From Klebsormidium nitens (lineage: Eukaryota; Plantae; Klebsormidiophyceae), in contig DF237002.1 in assembly GCA_000708835.1 (NCBI GenBank), positions 209,669 to 273,668 on the forward strand: a DNA stretch of 64,000 bases, in the 5' to 3' direction. This document shows positions 62,163 to 64,000 of this stretch, in pieces (position 1 is the first letter of the stretch; every line of letters starts with the position of its first letter). The translations under genes and the position numbers were made by a program. Under the pieces are notes generated by a model. It was not told the origin of the DNA. It made no database searches and saw nothing but the letters and a program-made list of their open reading frames with translations.

Positions 62163-63389
62163 TCAACACTCCTTCCCACTTTGCAACAGAGCAACAGAGC
62201 AACAACTAGTAGCCATGGTGCAGGTCTTCTCTTGGCCTCTGCCAGGGCCAGCACGTGCTCTGCTCTGCGGTCGCATATTCTGAGTTGGACGCTTCACATC
62301 CTCGCTGCGCTTGAGCAGCTGCAAAGAAGCTCTGCACCGAAGGCAGCCCAAAAGGAGCAGCTGCTTGGGCCCATTGAGTCCGTAGTACCATTGAGTCCGT
62401 AGTACCATTGAGTCCGTAGTACCATTGAGTCCGTAGTACTGGCCTGGGGCCAGAAATGGCTGCGTCTGCCATGCAAGAGCGTGCCCGCCTGGACCAAAAG
62501 CTGCATTATCTCCGTCCGGGTCACACGCTGGAGGCTCTGGCAAACCACCACCGCTCAGCTGGTAAGGGGCAGCAATCGTTTCACTTGGAGGATCCTTCCG
62601 CTTCTTTCTTGGTCCCCGTCCCGACTGCCCAGCTTTGTTACTCTCTCCTTCAATCTCGCGCGCTCTTTTGGCAGCTCTACGCTTCTCTTCCTCTTTCTTC
62701 TTTGCCTCCCGTTGTGCCTCTCTTGCCAAGCGCCTCTCTTCTTTTTCTGCTTCTTCCTTTAGCCGCCTCTCCGCTCTCTCTTCCATTTCCCGCTTCTTCC
62801 GCTCTTCTTTCTCCTTTTTCTCCTAAGTCTCCCTCCGTCTTTTTCCCTCCCGCTCAGCCTCCTTCCTCTTCCTCTCCTCTGCTTTTCTTTTCTCTGTCTC
62901 CTTCTTTTCCTCTGCTTTTCTCTCCCGCTCTAGAGCCCTTTCTTGTCTTTCCCTCTCTTTTCTTTGCTTCTCTTCCTCGAGTTCCCGCATCTCCGCAAGC
63001 ATCTCCGCGCTTGTTAGAAGCCGCTCGTCTGCCGCCAGCATCGAAACTGTCTTCCCCTTCTTCTTCCCCTTCTTGTGGACCCGTTTTCTGCTCTTCGACG
63101 AGGGACCAGGAAACCGCAGGATGTCCCGAACCTGCTCATCCCCCATCGCAAGCGCTCCGTCACCTTCAGCTTCCTGCCCGAGGGCTTGTCCAGGTTCTTG
63201 CATACCGATTCTTGGCAGCGCAGATCGCACCGCACGCTCGGCTGTACCTCCAGGCAGGGAAGCGCTCAGATAAGGATCTTGATTCTGGATGCACTGCGGC
63301 AGCGATGCGCCATTCGAACCGCCCCCTAGCGCTGCTAACTGCCGTGCGCTATGAGGTCGCTGCCGTAACCTCTCGAGCGCTACACACAC
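62163..63389 (-). pseudogene. Decayed ORF resembling the charged C-terminal region of pogo/DDE_1-type transposases
   Basis: ORFs 62823-63389 and 62163-62786 share a frame and are split by one TAG (62823-62825). RKRVHKKGKK..ADERLLTSAEMLAEMRELEEEKQRKERE followed by a long K/E/R coil recalls pogo-like transposase tails. No DDE core is visible. Confidence 0.45.
62371..62438 (+). repeat. Minisatellite, 4 perfect copies of 17 bp CCATTGAGTCCGTAGTA
   Basis: Copies at 62371, 62388, 62405 and 62422 with no spacers. Confidence 0.97.
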
Positions 63390-64000
63390 AAATACAACCT
63401 TCTTCTACAATGCTATGATGACAATACGCAGCAATTCAGGAAGTGCACAATTGGGGGATACACTTCCCGGTAATGCCTTATGAAAGCACAGAGCCCAATA
63501 CGGCTGATCAATACAATTATGGCCGGCACGCTATTGTCATTATACAGTCATTTATACAATCTGAGCACCTCAGTGTGACCAGTGTCAATGTATCGACGGA
63601 CATAACCAGCTTTCCACGCATGAGTACCTGACAAATCTCAGGACAAACTCCCTTGACCACCATACTTTGCATCTTTAATCTCTTAATCACACGTTCACTA
63701 GCTCGATAGGCATTCTCATATATGTAAAACATATGCACATACTCCATGGATCCATACGTTGCCGTGAGTCGCTTGCTTGCCGTATGGTTTTTGAAAAGTT
63801 GGACAAGGTTGTCCGTACTTGCAAAAGTAGCAAGCTAATGCAGAATTAACGTCACCTTATTGTACGTGCCTGTCCATGTCTCACTAGAGCTTTGCTACAT
63901 GCTGCGATCAATTGCTCAGTGCGCACGTCGGTAAACGCGAAGTGACCAGGCACGCTGCAGGTTGACATCTCGATCACACGAAGCTTTGACAAGACATCCT

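Noticed and set aside
62371-62438. CRISPR-like repeat array
   Set aside because: Repeats are contiguous with no spacers, 17 bp long, in a eukaryotic context with no cas genes.
62823-62825. Selenocysteine recoding, prompted by SBP2 in the window
   Set aside because: The codon is TAG, not TGA, and it lies in a low-complexity coil with no redox motif.
1-64000. Prokaryotic reading of the ORF track (operons, GTG/TTG starts)
   Set aside because: Conserved proteins are split by GT-AG introns and only assemble by splicing. Many listed starts are non-ATG artefacts.

Overview
This is a gene-dense, intron-rich eukaryotic nuclear region. The gene mix (plastid-targeted ATP synthase b' and NdhM, ciliary RIB43A, selenoprotein factor SBP2) points to a streptophyte green alga, probably Klebsormidium-like; that assignment is an inference. 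I assembled eight recognisable spliced genes by hand from GT/GC-AG boundaries: RMT2 (5' partial), a GT60-like GlcNAc-transferase, CCC1, ATPG, SBP2, RIB43A, ndhM and RPS6. There is also a pGlcT-like sugar porter, a frameshifted MYND-finger gene and two orphan ORFs. A complete 7SL/SRP RNA gene with a USE+TATA Pol III promoter sits inside a RIB43A intron. The last 5 kb is transposon debris: a LINE 3' fragment, a TA-flanked MITE-like element and a decayed pogo-like ORF. Three things are not explained by this annotation. First, many introns hold decayed tandem copies ('echoes') of the adjacent splice site plus the first or last 30-70 nt of the neighbouring exon, at about 10 junctions in 5 genes. 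Second, a roughly 500-nt multibranched foldable segment lies at 48.6-49.1 kb, inside an apparent intron of a transcript divergent from RPS6. Third, the SBP2 carries an N-terminal C2H2-like finger. Pairings and alignments were done by eye; no database search was run.
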